A DNA stretch of 64,000 nt, from contig CBDBMG010000002.1 of assembly GCA_965207375.1 (NCBI GenBank), positions 480,001 through 544,000 on the forward strand. Reading direction: 5' to 3'. Under the pieces are notes generated by a model. It was not told the DNA's origin. It searched no databases and saw only the letters and a list, made by a program, of their open reading frames with translations. The position numbers were made by a program, and so were the translations under genes. This DNA is from Nitrosopumilaceae archaeon. Its GTDB lineage: Archaea; Thermoproteota; Nitrososphaeria; Nitrososphaerales; Nitrosopumilaceae. Below are positions 14,328 through 26,411 of this stretch, piece after piece (position 1 is the stretch's first letter; each line of letters begins with the position of its first letter).

Positions 14328-14848
14328 TAACATTTCTATTTCTCCATTGCAAACTTTAATATCATCACTAAATTATAAGTTACTATGAATAAGTGGAAGC
14401 AGTAAATAATTTTGCACAAGAACAGCAGTTCTAAGCAAGTTTTGAGTGGTAATGGTGTCTTCTTGTGAAACCTGAGCAGTTCTACTACTGAATCAAATGG
14501 CCTTTCATATTCTTTACTTCCATCAACAACATATTTTTCTCACAACAACATCCTATCCACAAATTTTGCACAATGCCAAATGAATAAAAGCCTACAGGAT
14601 CTCTTAAATAAAACAACCATCAATGCTACATTGCTATCTTTTTCAAGTGCTGATTCAGTTGCCTTTTGATCATTTTCTCCATGATACCAAGGCAAGGCCA
14701 ATGGATTGGGACTAGCACTACTTGAGCTTTAATGCAGGCTTTTCCATTTGGTGGGTGGTTTAACATTGGAAGGAGTTGCAAATGTGTTGCGCCCTCCAAT
14801 AGGCATTGCATTAGCAGCTGGCCCTTGAGGCAATTGGTTGATTTGGGG

Positions 14849-15224
14849 GGCTGTAAAAAAGTGCGAGGCCAATCAGAAGCCACAATGGTTATAAGCGACC
14901 AAAACCTCTGATATCGAGTAAGGCCAAGAAGTTGAACATTTTATGAATCCTTTTACTTGAATGACATACAATAGTTTACAGGGCATTTTCACAACTATGA
15001 TTGGCTTTGTCACTTGGCCACCTTTTTGTACTATCATCTTTTATATTTAAGGTGGCCAAGTGACAAAGCCAATCATAGTTGTGAAAATGCCCTGTAAACT
15101 ATTGTATGTCATTCAAGTAAAAGGATTCATAAAATGTTCAACTTCTTGGCCTTACTCGATATCAGAGGTTTTGGTCGCTTATAACCATTGTGGCTTCTGA
15201 TTGGCCTCGCACTTTTTTACAGCC
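14849..15224. repeat. Long perfect palindrome (176 bp arms, 24 nt loop)
   Basis: 14849-15024 is the reverse complement of 15049-15224, with no mismatch found by eye. Confidence 0.9.
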
Positions 15225-15239
15225 AGGCTGTTTTTGTTT

Positions 15240-16340
15240 AGTCTAATACAACAGTCACCTCAAAACATTTTATTTTTAATACAGTAGATACTTGAAGTAA
15301 ACAATATCATCATCTCTAAAATAGGCTATAATAACTGGTATAACATGCATCCTGTAATGACTGGTAACCACTTCTCTAATACAGCAGTCACCTTAAGTAT
15401 GAATATAATTATGTTATGTACATGCATGCATATGTACTTACAACATATTGGTAATAATATACAGCACTCACCCTAAAATATTTTGCGTAAATTGTAAAGT
15501 TGACTATACATAATCATCTATACATGGATGCATGAATAATCTCAGTACATGTATGGCATGCATATCACATACTGGCATACCATTTTCTAATAGAGCAGTC
15601 ACCAAAAAACCTTTAGGTAAATTGCTATAATTATGCACCATAATTATAACATGAAAAATAATATCAATACATATATATAGGATGCATATACATATGGTAT
15701 GTAATACATACCATTTTAATAGAACAGTCACCTTAAGATTCTTTAAGTAAATGGATGTATACAGAAGTTTGCAATATTGCATAACCCATATATACATGCA
15801 CCATAATAGGATGCATGCATAATATCAATACATATATAGGATGCATACATACCACATACTGGTATGTAATACATACCATTTTAATACAGCAGTCACCTTA
15901 AGATTCTTTAAGTAATTAAGTAAATGTATACTGAACCATATATACATGCATCATAATAGGATGCATACATAATATCAGTACGTATATAGGATGCATACAT
16001 ACCACATACTGGTATGTAATACATACCATTTTCTAATAGAACAGTCACCTTAAGATTCTGATTGCATGCATACTAAAGTTTATAATATTGCATAACCATC
16101 TATATATGCACCATAATAGGATGCATACATAATATCAGTACATGATGTCATACCATATATAGGTATGAAATACATACCATGTTATAATCATCTCAAAATA
16201 CTCGAGTAAACTACATAAATTTTAAATTTAGGAATATTGTCTGATCATCTGCACATGCACTTGGTACATTATGATAGTTATACAAGGATATAAATATCCA
16301 TAACATATATCAATATCAGTACATACCATATAATGGTATG
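15240..16340 (+). repeat. Degenerate tandem repeat (about 130-180 bp units with TAATAGAACAGTCACC and GGATGCATACAT motifs)
   Basis: Motifs recur at about 15245, 15375, 15587, 15717, 15882, 16034. Confidence 0.75.
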
Positions 16341-16587
16341 CGTAACATTCCATTATTGGTATGTTTGCATAACATACCTATGGTATGAACCATCTGTGGT
16401 ATGTATTTCACTCCTTTCGGTATGGTTTTCATACTTTGTTTTTTGCTGTGTTAAGATGACAAATGTATTGCTCTTGCCAGGCTGGTGCAATTTCATGAAT
16501 AGCTATTTATAATGTGATATACACATATGCACCATAAATGTTAACTACGTAACGTATGTATAAGTGCATTTTCAGTTTCCTACAACG

Positions 16588-16926
<339 letters not shown>

Positions 16927-17442
16927 CACTACCAGCAACTTGAGTAATGAAATATCTATTATAATCCCATGAAACATCAAATGATGCCATGACTCATACC
17001 ACGAAGTTTTAATTTCATGGGTAGTTCATGATAACAATGATATACACATGAAATTAGCAAAAAAATTCATAGGTTCTTCAACTATGAAAATCACATGAAT
17101 TTAAATTTCATGGCTTTGGGACATACCATGAATTTTTCTTCAATGCATTCTACAAATTTCATAGGAGTTTCATGGGTCTGCTGATGATTCTTAAAGCTTA
17201 TCAGTTATATATCCAGCTACTTATATTTTGGTGGTGAGAAAGTTGTTAAATATGGTGCTCATCATTTTGATGCAGTTAGGATGATTATTAATTATCATGC
17301 ATACATAGCTATGTATTTGCCCTTTAACCTCAAAGTTTACATTTTATTATGCAACTGTATCTATAACTATAGTAACATGTGTTATGTATGCAGTAGGTTA
17401 ACTACACTAATGCTGATAGTGGAGACATATTTTAGTCTTTTA
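16927..17442 (+). mobile_element. CACTA-start repeat (EnSpm/CACTA-like end), copy 1
   Basis: CACTACCAGCAACTTGAGTAATGAAATATC with CATG-rich subterminal motifs; about 500 bp homologous to 56500-56995. Confidence 0.65.
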
Positions 17443-17443
17443 C

Positions 17444-17750
17444 AGCTGCTGCATTTGTAGCCAATAGCTAGCTATTTTGAGCTGCTGTATTTGCAGCCAA
17501 TAGCTAGCTATTTTGAGCTGCTGTATTTGCAGCCAATAGCTAGCTATTTCAGTTCTTGCATTTGTAGTCAATAGCTAGCTATTTTAAGCTGCTGCATTAG
17601 CAGCCAATAGCTAGCTATTTCAGCCCTTGCATTTGTAGCTATTTTAAGCTGCTGTATTTGCAGCCAATAGCTAGCTATTTTAAGCTGCTGTATTTGCAGC
17701 CAATAGCTAGCTATTTAGAGCTGCAGCATTTGCAGCCAATAGCTAGCTAG
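17444..17750 (+). repeat. About 33 bp minisatellite
   Basis: Unit GCTGCTGTATTTGCAGCCAATAGCTAGCTATTTTRA, about 9-10 copies. Confidence 0.9.
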
Positions 17751-18412
17751 TAACTAGAGATGAGTGTATTCTGACATACGTAGCTTATACCATATATGTA
17801 TATAGTCAAAATTTTTGTGGTACAAAATTTTCACGAAATTTGCAAGACAATTTGTCTTTGTGAAATCATAATTGTGAATATCACAGGCTAGAGTGTAATT
17901 GTTTTCTTTGATACTTTCCTAATTTTATGAAATAAAATCATGAAAATCCTATTTTGAAGCTTTACATAGAAATTTAGCTCCACAAAAATTCATACTATAG
18001 CTACACAGTTTATACATGTTTATATAGCTATATAAGTGTTTAATTATATGCATAAACTTTTGCTAATGGCTCATAGCTACATAGCTATCTATCTAGCTCA
18101 CTGATAAATAATTTGTTAATGTCATAGCAAAATTTGGTGCTTGCATGCCCTTGCGTTAGTTGTGTATATATTGTAGTGTACGTATACTTTAAGGGTTCTT
18201 ATCGATAATCAGAGATCACTCGTAATAAGAATGTGCCTATTCAGGATCCCCACAGTAAGGGTGTTGTTATTGACCCCTGTATAACATAATATGCATGACA
18301 TGTGAATGTTTACACATTGTATATGTATTGACGTCCATTGTCCACACATCAGAAAAATGTTTAAAGCATATGTATGCAGCTAGTTGAGGATATTTACATA
18401 CTATTTAATGGA

Positions 18413-20930
18413 TAGGTCTAGTAGCCTTGATTGTCATTGTTACTCTCTATATGTTTTGGTAGAGGTGAGGACTCTTCTTATCTATGCTGACATAAGCTGG
18501 TGATGGCTGCATCTGTATATTATCCACATTGAGTTGTCTTTGTAATTGAACTGGAGGAATCGTAACAGCATCTATAGAATAATAATTATACAAAGCTACA
18601 TCAAACTGTACTATAAGTTACCATTGTTCCTCTTTTGACTGCACAGTTTCCAAGAGAGGATGACACTTATTGTAGTAGTTATTACTGAAGTAACTATAGA
18701 CACCACTGCTAGTCCAATAAATATTTCACAATGCCTTTCATCAGTTTTATTAGTGCTGTGTTCATTAACTGTTTCACTGCTTTCATTAACTGTATAAATT
18801 ACACTGTTATAATATGTTGATATCGCTACAGAGTTATCACTAGTTATAACTTATAACTATACATATGTATGCATATTATTTTAGTTGTATATTCAACTTA
18901 ACAACTAAAAAATTGTAAATTCATATACGTAGTATAGAGATAGGCTTGAGCCTAATGTGCTGGCATAATTTTGAGAATAATTTTATTGAGAATAATTCTA
19001 GAATTATAGGATGTTTATAAGCATAATTCGGGAATAGCTAATAGGACATTCATGAGCATAATGTATTAATAAAATAAGGATATTATTTATTCTTTGGACA
19101 TCAGTAGTTCAGTTTCATATGCGTTTTGCAGCCGATTATTGGAAAAATAATAAAGGAGTATAATAGGTGAAAAATTTGGAAATAAATTAAGAAAAATAGG
19201 TAATATTTTTAGGAAGAGTTCAGGAAGGAATAATACTTAGGTTAATTTTTGAGCATAATACGTACTCAAGCCTATATAGAGCCAATAATTATAATGCATT
19301 AAGTTTAGGTAGAACTTAACTATTCATGCAACTACTTACGTACATACCTGTTCTAGCTAATTGTATTTTTGCAAGCTTTCTAGCTATCAAACAGCAACAT
19401 TACACTAGCTATACCTCACAAAACCTTGCCATGTGTTGTTACAGACATGATGATATAATTATACACAATTGAATGGATACATAGCAAACACTTACTGGAG
19501 GTTATATTTTGTATGCCAATGGTCTTTGTAATAACTGTTGAATTACTCCTCTGTCCTTCAATGTCAACAAATGTAATGCTGATATTGAACATAAAGCTCA
19601 AATGATAATCTGAATGTTCAAATAAGAAATTTGTTGTATTGTAAATTCCATGAGATATTACTTCATCTTCATTTGAAATTCTTACATTATAGTGTTTAGT
19701 TGCTAGCATACAGCATTTGTCAATTTCTGGTGACTGTAAATGTAGATAAAATATCATATATACACAGTACATATGGCTTCATAATAGATATACATATATA
19801 TTCATATGTATGTATGTTACTTACGTAGTTACGTACCTTCCACGTTACTATCACATGATCATGCTAGTGACATCAATAGGATTAGGAGCTATAAGGAAAT
19901 ATATAGCATGCAGAACTAATTCATACATGATACGTAGTATGTACGTACAAGAACATAGCACAAAATAAGCAGCTAATGCAATTATTAGGTCATTATACAA
20001 AATTAATGGAAACTTACGCTTTGACAAGGAAGTCCTCACTGATCGATATACTATTCTGGAGCCACTATTGTATGTAGATGTAACTGTAATGTTGTACAGT
20101 GTATCACTCTGCAGTCCATCAATGGTGTATTTAGAGCCACCATGCATGTCTGGATATGTGACATTGCCAGATATTGTAACATTATGTGACACATCTCCAC
20201 ATGCTGGATGACTGTGAGTATTCAGTGATATGATAATTGATGTAGTGCAGATTTCATCCACATTGATAATAACAGATGGTGCATCTGTTAATGACAATTT
20301 GTTAAAAAGTGTTATTATACAGTGCCTGTATAGTTGTCTTACCCACTATTGTCATTGTTCCTACATTGCTTATTACAGAACCACCTCCTATTCTTTGAAA
20401 AATACACTGATATGATGACTGATTGTGTTCCATATTTACTGGACCAACTAATAGTTTATTATTAGTACCATTGTTGTCTCCACTGGTTAGATCGGGCAGC
20501 CATTGTAGACCATTTATGAGTCCATATGAAATGCCATCTCCATTAATAGTATCATTACTAATGATTCATTTCTAAAGACTATCCTCCAGTCTGGTACTAC
20601 AAAATTAGGATCAGTTCCAGTGAATCCACAATAAATTTCTGCCATAACATTCATACACACAGTTGTATCCTGTGGTCCATTAGTAATAATAAAGCCTACA
20701 ATATTATAAGAACAATACAATATGTAGCTTAGCTAGCTATGTACATGAATAATACATATAGCTTTATACAAACTTAGCTATATATATAACAGTTAAATAC
20801 TAAAGCAATTTTATAGTGTCCATAAATCCATCATTAGCTACTTACATGGTGTATTAGAAGAAGACACAGTGATCTTTATTAGTAGTAGTATTAGTAAAAT
20901 CACAATACAAAAACTACCAACATTCTTCAT
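18413..20930 (-). CDS. Single-pass Ig-like + FN3 cell-surface receptor with cytoplasmic Tyr motifs (spliced; apparent frameshifts, possibly pseudogene)
   Basis: Exons: signal peptide MKNVGSFCIVILLILLLIKI (~20845-20930); Ig-like GPQDTTVC...IYCGF...PDW...QSSYQCIF (~20345-20696); FN3 YTIDGLQSDTLYNITV (20018-20283); 19837-19888; 19496-19735; TM IFIGLAVVSIVTSVITTTISVILSW (18622-18790); tail with AYVSI and LYQNI. Confidence 0.7.
18941..19274. mobile_element. hAT MITE (intronic)
   Basis: TAGGCTTGAG...CTCAAGCCTA; TSD TATAGAGA/TATAGAGC; same family as 21913-22296. Confidence 0.8.
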
Positions 20931-21071
20931 GTTCTTGAAATTGATTATCTTATGTGCGTAGTTATTTGACTATAAGGGATAAAAAACTATTTTAAAAGTT
21001 GAAGAGACAATATGCAAACCTTTACCACTCCTCTGATATGTAGGTATGAGTTTATGGTTTGTTATTTATTA

Positions 21072-21424
21072 CAGGGGCATAGAGAAGGTGTTTCCAGGGG
21101 TTTCAGGAAACCCCGAAACCCTAGACATTTGTCACTCCATTACATTAAAGCTGGGTCAATAACAAATTTTTAGACACATTAATACAAGAGTATGGGACTG
21201 AGATTGTTGGGAATAACCCAATGTATTTTTGTGGTTGAGGTAAACAAATTCCCTACCGATTATTGACACTCTCTAATATTGCAGTCAAACACTCTATTAA
21301 AGGATTCACTTCAATAATCCATAAATGCATAATTTATTAGTAACTGAAGGACCCCCAGATCCCTGCTTTACTTTTATTTTACCAACAAAAATGATTTGTA
21401 GAAAATCCTGGCTATATGCCCCTG
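21072..21424. mobile_element. hAT-like MITE
   Basis: CAGGGGCATA...TATGCCCCTG termini; TSD not clear. Confidence 0.55.
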
Positions 21425-21544
21425 CATTAGTTAGCTATATTTAGACAATGGCACTTGGAGGTATTTAAGTGTTTTATTTGTGAAGACACCTGTTTTGAAT
21501 TACAGTCATCGTCTAAATAACTAAGACATGCACTGCTAAGGGTA

Positions 21545-21640
21545 CTTAGTGGATAAACAACCTTTAGGAATCACACAACAATCACCTCGGCTGTGCCTCG
21601 ATGATCATTGTGTCATTCCTTCAGGTTGTTTATCCACTGA
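21545..21640. repeat. Hairpin element
   Basis: AGTGGATAAACAACCT...CCTCGGCTGTGCCTCG...AGGTTGTTTATCCACT, lying between direct repeats at ~21441-21492 and ~21667-21717. Confidence 0.6.
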
Positions 21641-21769
21641 ATTGTACTGCATGTCATACCTATACTTAGATAATGGCATACTTTGATCTTGAAGTGTTTT
21701 ATTTGTCAAGACACCTCATATCCAGAAATTTCTGGCTATGTGTGTGTATTAATAGAGGTTTTGATTTAT

Positions 21770-22476
21770 ATAGAAATTCAATGGTAATGGTACCCAAATT
21801 AAATGATAGTGGGCGTATGCAGCTATACACATATTAAACACAACTTACTAATTGTATATTTCCTACTTAAGAAGCCATTAAGTAGTTTCCCATCCCGCAA
21901 ATGCAATGCCTATAGGCTTGAGCCTAATTTGCCGGCATAATTTTGAGAATAATAGGTAGCAATTTTAGTGAGAATAATTCTAGAATTATAGGATGTTTAT
22001 GAGCATAATTCTGGAATTATGGGACATTCATAAGCATAATGCAAGAATAATCAATTATTCATTGACAAAAAATTCATTTTAGAAAGATTCTTTATTCTTT
22101 GGACATCAGCAGCACAGTTTCCGAATAGTTTTAAATGCATTTTGAACATTACTTTTACTGACCCAGTAAAATTAAAAGAATAATAAAGGAATAATAGGTG
22201 ATGATTTGGGAATAAATTAAAAACAATGGGTAAAATTTTTGGGAAGTTCGAGAAGGAATAATAGGTAAATTTTTGAGCATAATAGGCTCAAGCCTAAATG
22301 CCTATAATATAATTATATATCCGGTATATGGGAAATTCAATGGTAATAATATTGTGCGTATTGTAATTCACCCAAATTAAATGATATTGGGCGTGTGCAG
22401 CTATATACATATTAAAGACAACCTACTAATTGTATATTTCCTACTTAAGAAACCATTAAGTAGTTTCCCATTCCGC
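21770..22476 (+). repeat. Tandem duplication of about 130 bp (21770-21898 and 22330-22476)
   Basis: GAAATTCAATGGTAAT...CCCAAATTAAATGATA...CATTAAGTAGTTTCCCAT in both copies. Confidence 0.8.
21913..22296. mobile_element. hAT MITE
   Basis: TIR TAGGCTTGAGCCTA; perfect 8 bp TSD AATGCCTA. Confidence 0.9.
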
Positions 22477-22894
22477 CACACGACATGGCCACAAAATGTA
22501 TGGGGATTTCTGGATATGTGCTTATCGGTGTCTTAACACCCCTGATATTTTCATACATCAATAATCTGCAAATTTAATGATTTCTATTATTATATGGAGT
22601 TTAAAGAATTTAAACGATGTTAATGTTGGAGCGAACTGTGTGTAGCTAACTATAACTAATTATATAAACATCATAAGCATCTAAAGTGTAATCGAAGCAC
22701 ACGACTAGCTACTTGCTAGGTATTAAATAGAATATCATGGCCTGTGTGATTGTATGTACATGCACTGAGGCACAAGTTGCTAAATCCCTCAGGTTGTCGA
22801 AGTTACTGATCAAAATGTCTCGTGGTGCTTCCGTCGCTCCTATCAGCTCGCGTATCTTACATCGAAGAACCACTTCTAACCGTGACACTGCCCA

Positions 22895-24041
22895 GGTGTC
22901 ATAGGGATGCGTGTTTCCCCGGGTATTGTGTTTCCCGCACACATATCCCTAGGGATGCGTGTTTCCCCGCACATATATTACTAACGCATTTATGTCTGCA
23001 AGTCATAGTGATATATGTTTCCCCGGGTATTTTGTTTCCCCGCCTCCGTTGCGCAGATTTACAAGGTAGCTACTGAGCTATGCCATGATGTGATTAGCTA
23101 ACTAGCTATTTGGTTTCATCTAATAACAAGGCGTCACCAAATGTTCAAATCTCTGCGCGGCTCTTCCTGGAATCTTTAATATTTGAAATAGACACATAAA
23201 GGCTAGATTGTATACCCGAGTACGAAAAAAGTTTTAGTGTGCGCGTGCGCATATAGTCTATTACAGTGGGAGTTTTTACTTCTGATTTCCTCCAATTTTT
23301 AATGCTTTTCAGGGAGCTAGAACTAGGAACTAGCTATGGAGGTCATGTGAAGCGTGTTCCCATCCTTAAAGGGCTAGATAACCCTCCCGTAGCTTGGATT
23401 ACTATCGCCGACACCCCCAACAATCTTTGCTGAGCATTACATCGCAAAACTTTGCAGCGTGGCAGTCCTAGAGGATCGAGCGCCCTCCATAGCTCATGTA
23501 CTATCTTTGACTTGGCTCACCGTAGTATTAAAATTGCATCTGATGCCCCGGCTTTGCCGCAATTGGCTGACTATATAGCTACCGACGCAAGCATACTATA
23601 TCGTATAACGAATGATTATCACTACTCGGCAAACCTTGAAAATGTTACCAACTTCCAGAGTGGACATGTGATTTAAAACAAACTTGTTGTTATAACAAGA
23701 AATTTGTTAAATTTGGCACAATTTTCCTGTGAAATTGTACCAAATTTAACAAATTTCCTGTTAAAATAACAAGTTAGTTTTAACAGTGTATCGGTAGCAA
23801 TAAAACTTTTGATAGCTGTGGTGCTACCGGCGCATCGGTGGCAGTAATCTATAGCTATATGTCATTATTGCAATGCATGCAGTCCAGGAAACACGCATCC
23901 CTAGTGAAACGTGTGCGGAGGAAACGTGTATCACTGATGGGAAACACGCATCCCTAGTGATGTATGTGCGGAAACACGCATCCCTAGGGATATGTGTGCG
24001 GGAAACATGATACCCGAGGAAACACGCATCCCTATGACACC
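22895..24041. mobile_element. Non-autonomous foldback/MULE-like element with repeat-array TIRs
   Basis: GGTGTCATAGGGATGCGTGTTTCC arrays at left mirrored by GAAACACGCATCCCTA arrays ending ATGACACC; internal 110 bp hairpin at 23672-23783. Confidence 0.75.
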
Positions 24042-24395
24042 GGACCGAAATGCCGTCACCTCCGCAAAAGAGACAATGGAAATAATCCTTCCTCCAGCGT
24101 ATCCACCGACCACCAGTTGACTCATACAAGTTCTGTGGCGGATTAAGACGTGCCTAGCATCGTGAAAGCCGTGTCGGACGCTCAGTACCCGCACCCACCA
24201 CCGGGCGCCTCCGACAGAGACCCCTAGACATAGCTACTGTAAGCTCCCAGAAAATTCCTCGTAAGTCATAGTGTAAAGGTATTATAAAATTTCATAATTA
24301 CATATAGCTATGTAATAGCGATGTACATGCATATGTGATTCGATATCAATTATTGCCAGCTGCTCCGCAAATTGTTGCGATTGCTGTTGGCCTCG

Positions 24396-24937
24396 CAAGG
24401 GGGTATCACATACATACATACTGTAGGGCGATCTGCGACCGGGGTCAAACTCAAAGTCAACGGTCAAGGTCTCCAAAAACTATCCAGTCATAGGTCAAAC
24501 AAGAAATTACACGGTCAAGAAACAAAACGAAAACTTTAACCCACAATCAAATAAAACAAATTTATTAAAAGTATACGAATTTATACTAGACTATACGATA
24601 TTTATAATTACATTTCGCCTCGCGCTATGCATGCGGCTACGTCTGCGAGATCTGTAAACGATGTAGTTACAGCTGCTAGTGAATGTGTCAGCTGCTAATG
24701 TAGCTTGTTGCAGCTGCCTACTCCACTTGAAGTATTGCGCATCCAAAAATAATTATTGTGCAGGCATTTGTACAGGACTATAGATATAGGACAAGACCAA
24801 GCAGAAAACTGAGAAAGTCAAAGGTCAAGAACAGATTTAAGTAGTAAGTCAAGGGTCAAGCTTAATATTTCTCTGGTCAAGAGTTTGACCGCGGTCGCAG
24901 ATCGACCTACAGTATATGTGAGCGTGACACCCCCTTG
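24396..24937. mobile_element. TIR element with 5 bp TSD
   Basis: About 57 bp TIR CAAGGGGGTATCAC...GATCTGCGACCGGGGTCAAACTC; flanks CCTCG/CCTCG; GGTCAA subterminal repeats. Confidence 0.8.
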
Positions 24938-26411
24938 CCTCGCGACGCCGGATCATTCCGTTGGTTTCTCAGTGCATCAGGAATTACTTGAGCTAATTTG
25001 GGGGCATTAACCAGCTGAGGAATTTTACAAATTTGTCAGTAAACAACCTTGCAAAAACAAAATAGCCATATATAGCCTCAAGAAATATTTCGCGACATGT
25101 AGTTATGCATACCACTTCAAGTTGCGTGCACAGATAGCAATACAACTCACCTTCTAGACCCGAATTGTATCCACATACCCACAACATATACTTACAACAA
25201 AAACATGTATTTGTTTATAATTCAAATAGCCAAACAAAAAAATTCGATATTGCTTGGAATCACCAGCTTACTATTTTATTTTAAAAATCGTATCGTCAAA
25301 TGAAAATATCATTAGCATCGATCATATTGTGCAACAATAATTAGTTGGCTAGGGCAGTGGGACTATACTACATCAGTATGGCATAAGTGGCACATTGCAC
25401 TCCATACATGGCAAATAATATGGCGTAGGCTTCAGTGGCTACAAGTTCCGTGGACTCATGCCGAATGCCATAAATCTGGACATAAATATATATACTTGAT
25501 GGGGGCCATGACTGTGTGCGTTATGCTAGGGCATTCAGCAATTACCTATCTGGTTGGGTGGAAAGGTGTTCAAGCAGGTGAACAACTTTTCCGTGGCCTT
25601 GTTGAAGAAAAAAAGAACTTGGCAGGAGGTAATTAACCCTCTTCCAAGATTCTTTCTTCACACCCAAGCATTAAATGATCAAAAAATGGGCTGCCCCTTT
25701 GGCCATAACATTTCAAAGTTTTTTGGAGGATTACCCTTAGCAATCAAGGTCCAGTGCACTTACCAAACCCCACCACAATCAGCAGATTGTGTGTGGCAAT
25801 TGATAATTTAGGAAGGTAAATGAACAACATTAAATAAAGTTAATATGCAAACTAAGGTAATGGTGGGAGCTGTGCACCGCAGACCACAACACATTATACT
25901 TACTGTGATGTGGCATTATTAAAGGCCAAAATTGCGATTTCAATGCATCACTTATCTGTTTTGAAGATATTTTAAGCCTTTAACTATGGTAGCAACCCAA
26001 ACTCCTTGTGTTTTGAAGTGGGCCTGGCACACGAGCGTTGATCGCACAGGAAGCGTACGGTGAAAAAGAATGTTTATTCACGGATATTTTCGCAATTCAG
26101 TGTAATATGAGCATATTACGAATATTTAAAGGAAAGCCTTATTCTTCGCTTTATTCATGCGAGGAATTTAATATTGCGAATAGGCTAGCTCGCAAGATTA
26201 AACATTGTTTAAATTTTATTTTGGGTAGGGTATAATTTACGGACCGGACCGGACCCACGGACCCATACATTTTTGGGTATAATTTACGGACCAGTCCATT
26301 AACACGGTCTGCGCGCTTTCCACGAGGTGGGAACACATAGTATGCAGCTGTCTCGGCAGCTCCACGAGGTGCGAACACGTGGTAAGCAGCTGTCTCGGCA
26401 GCTGTATAGCA

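Noticed and set aside
17444-17750. CRISPR-like periodic repeat
   Set aside because: Head-to-tail units with no unique spacers, no cas genes, eukaryotic context
22895-24041. CRISPR-like repeats and RDACF-repeat ORFs
   Set aside because: They are inverted subterminal arrays of a TIR element
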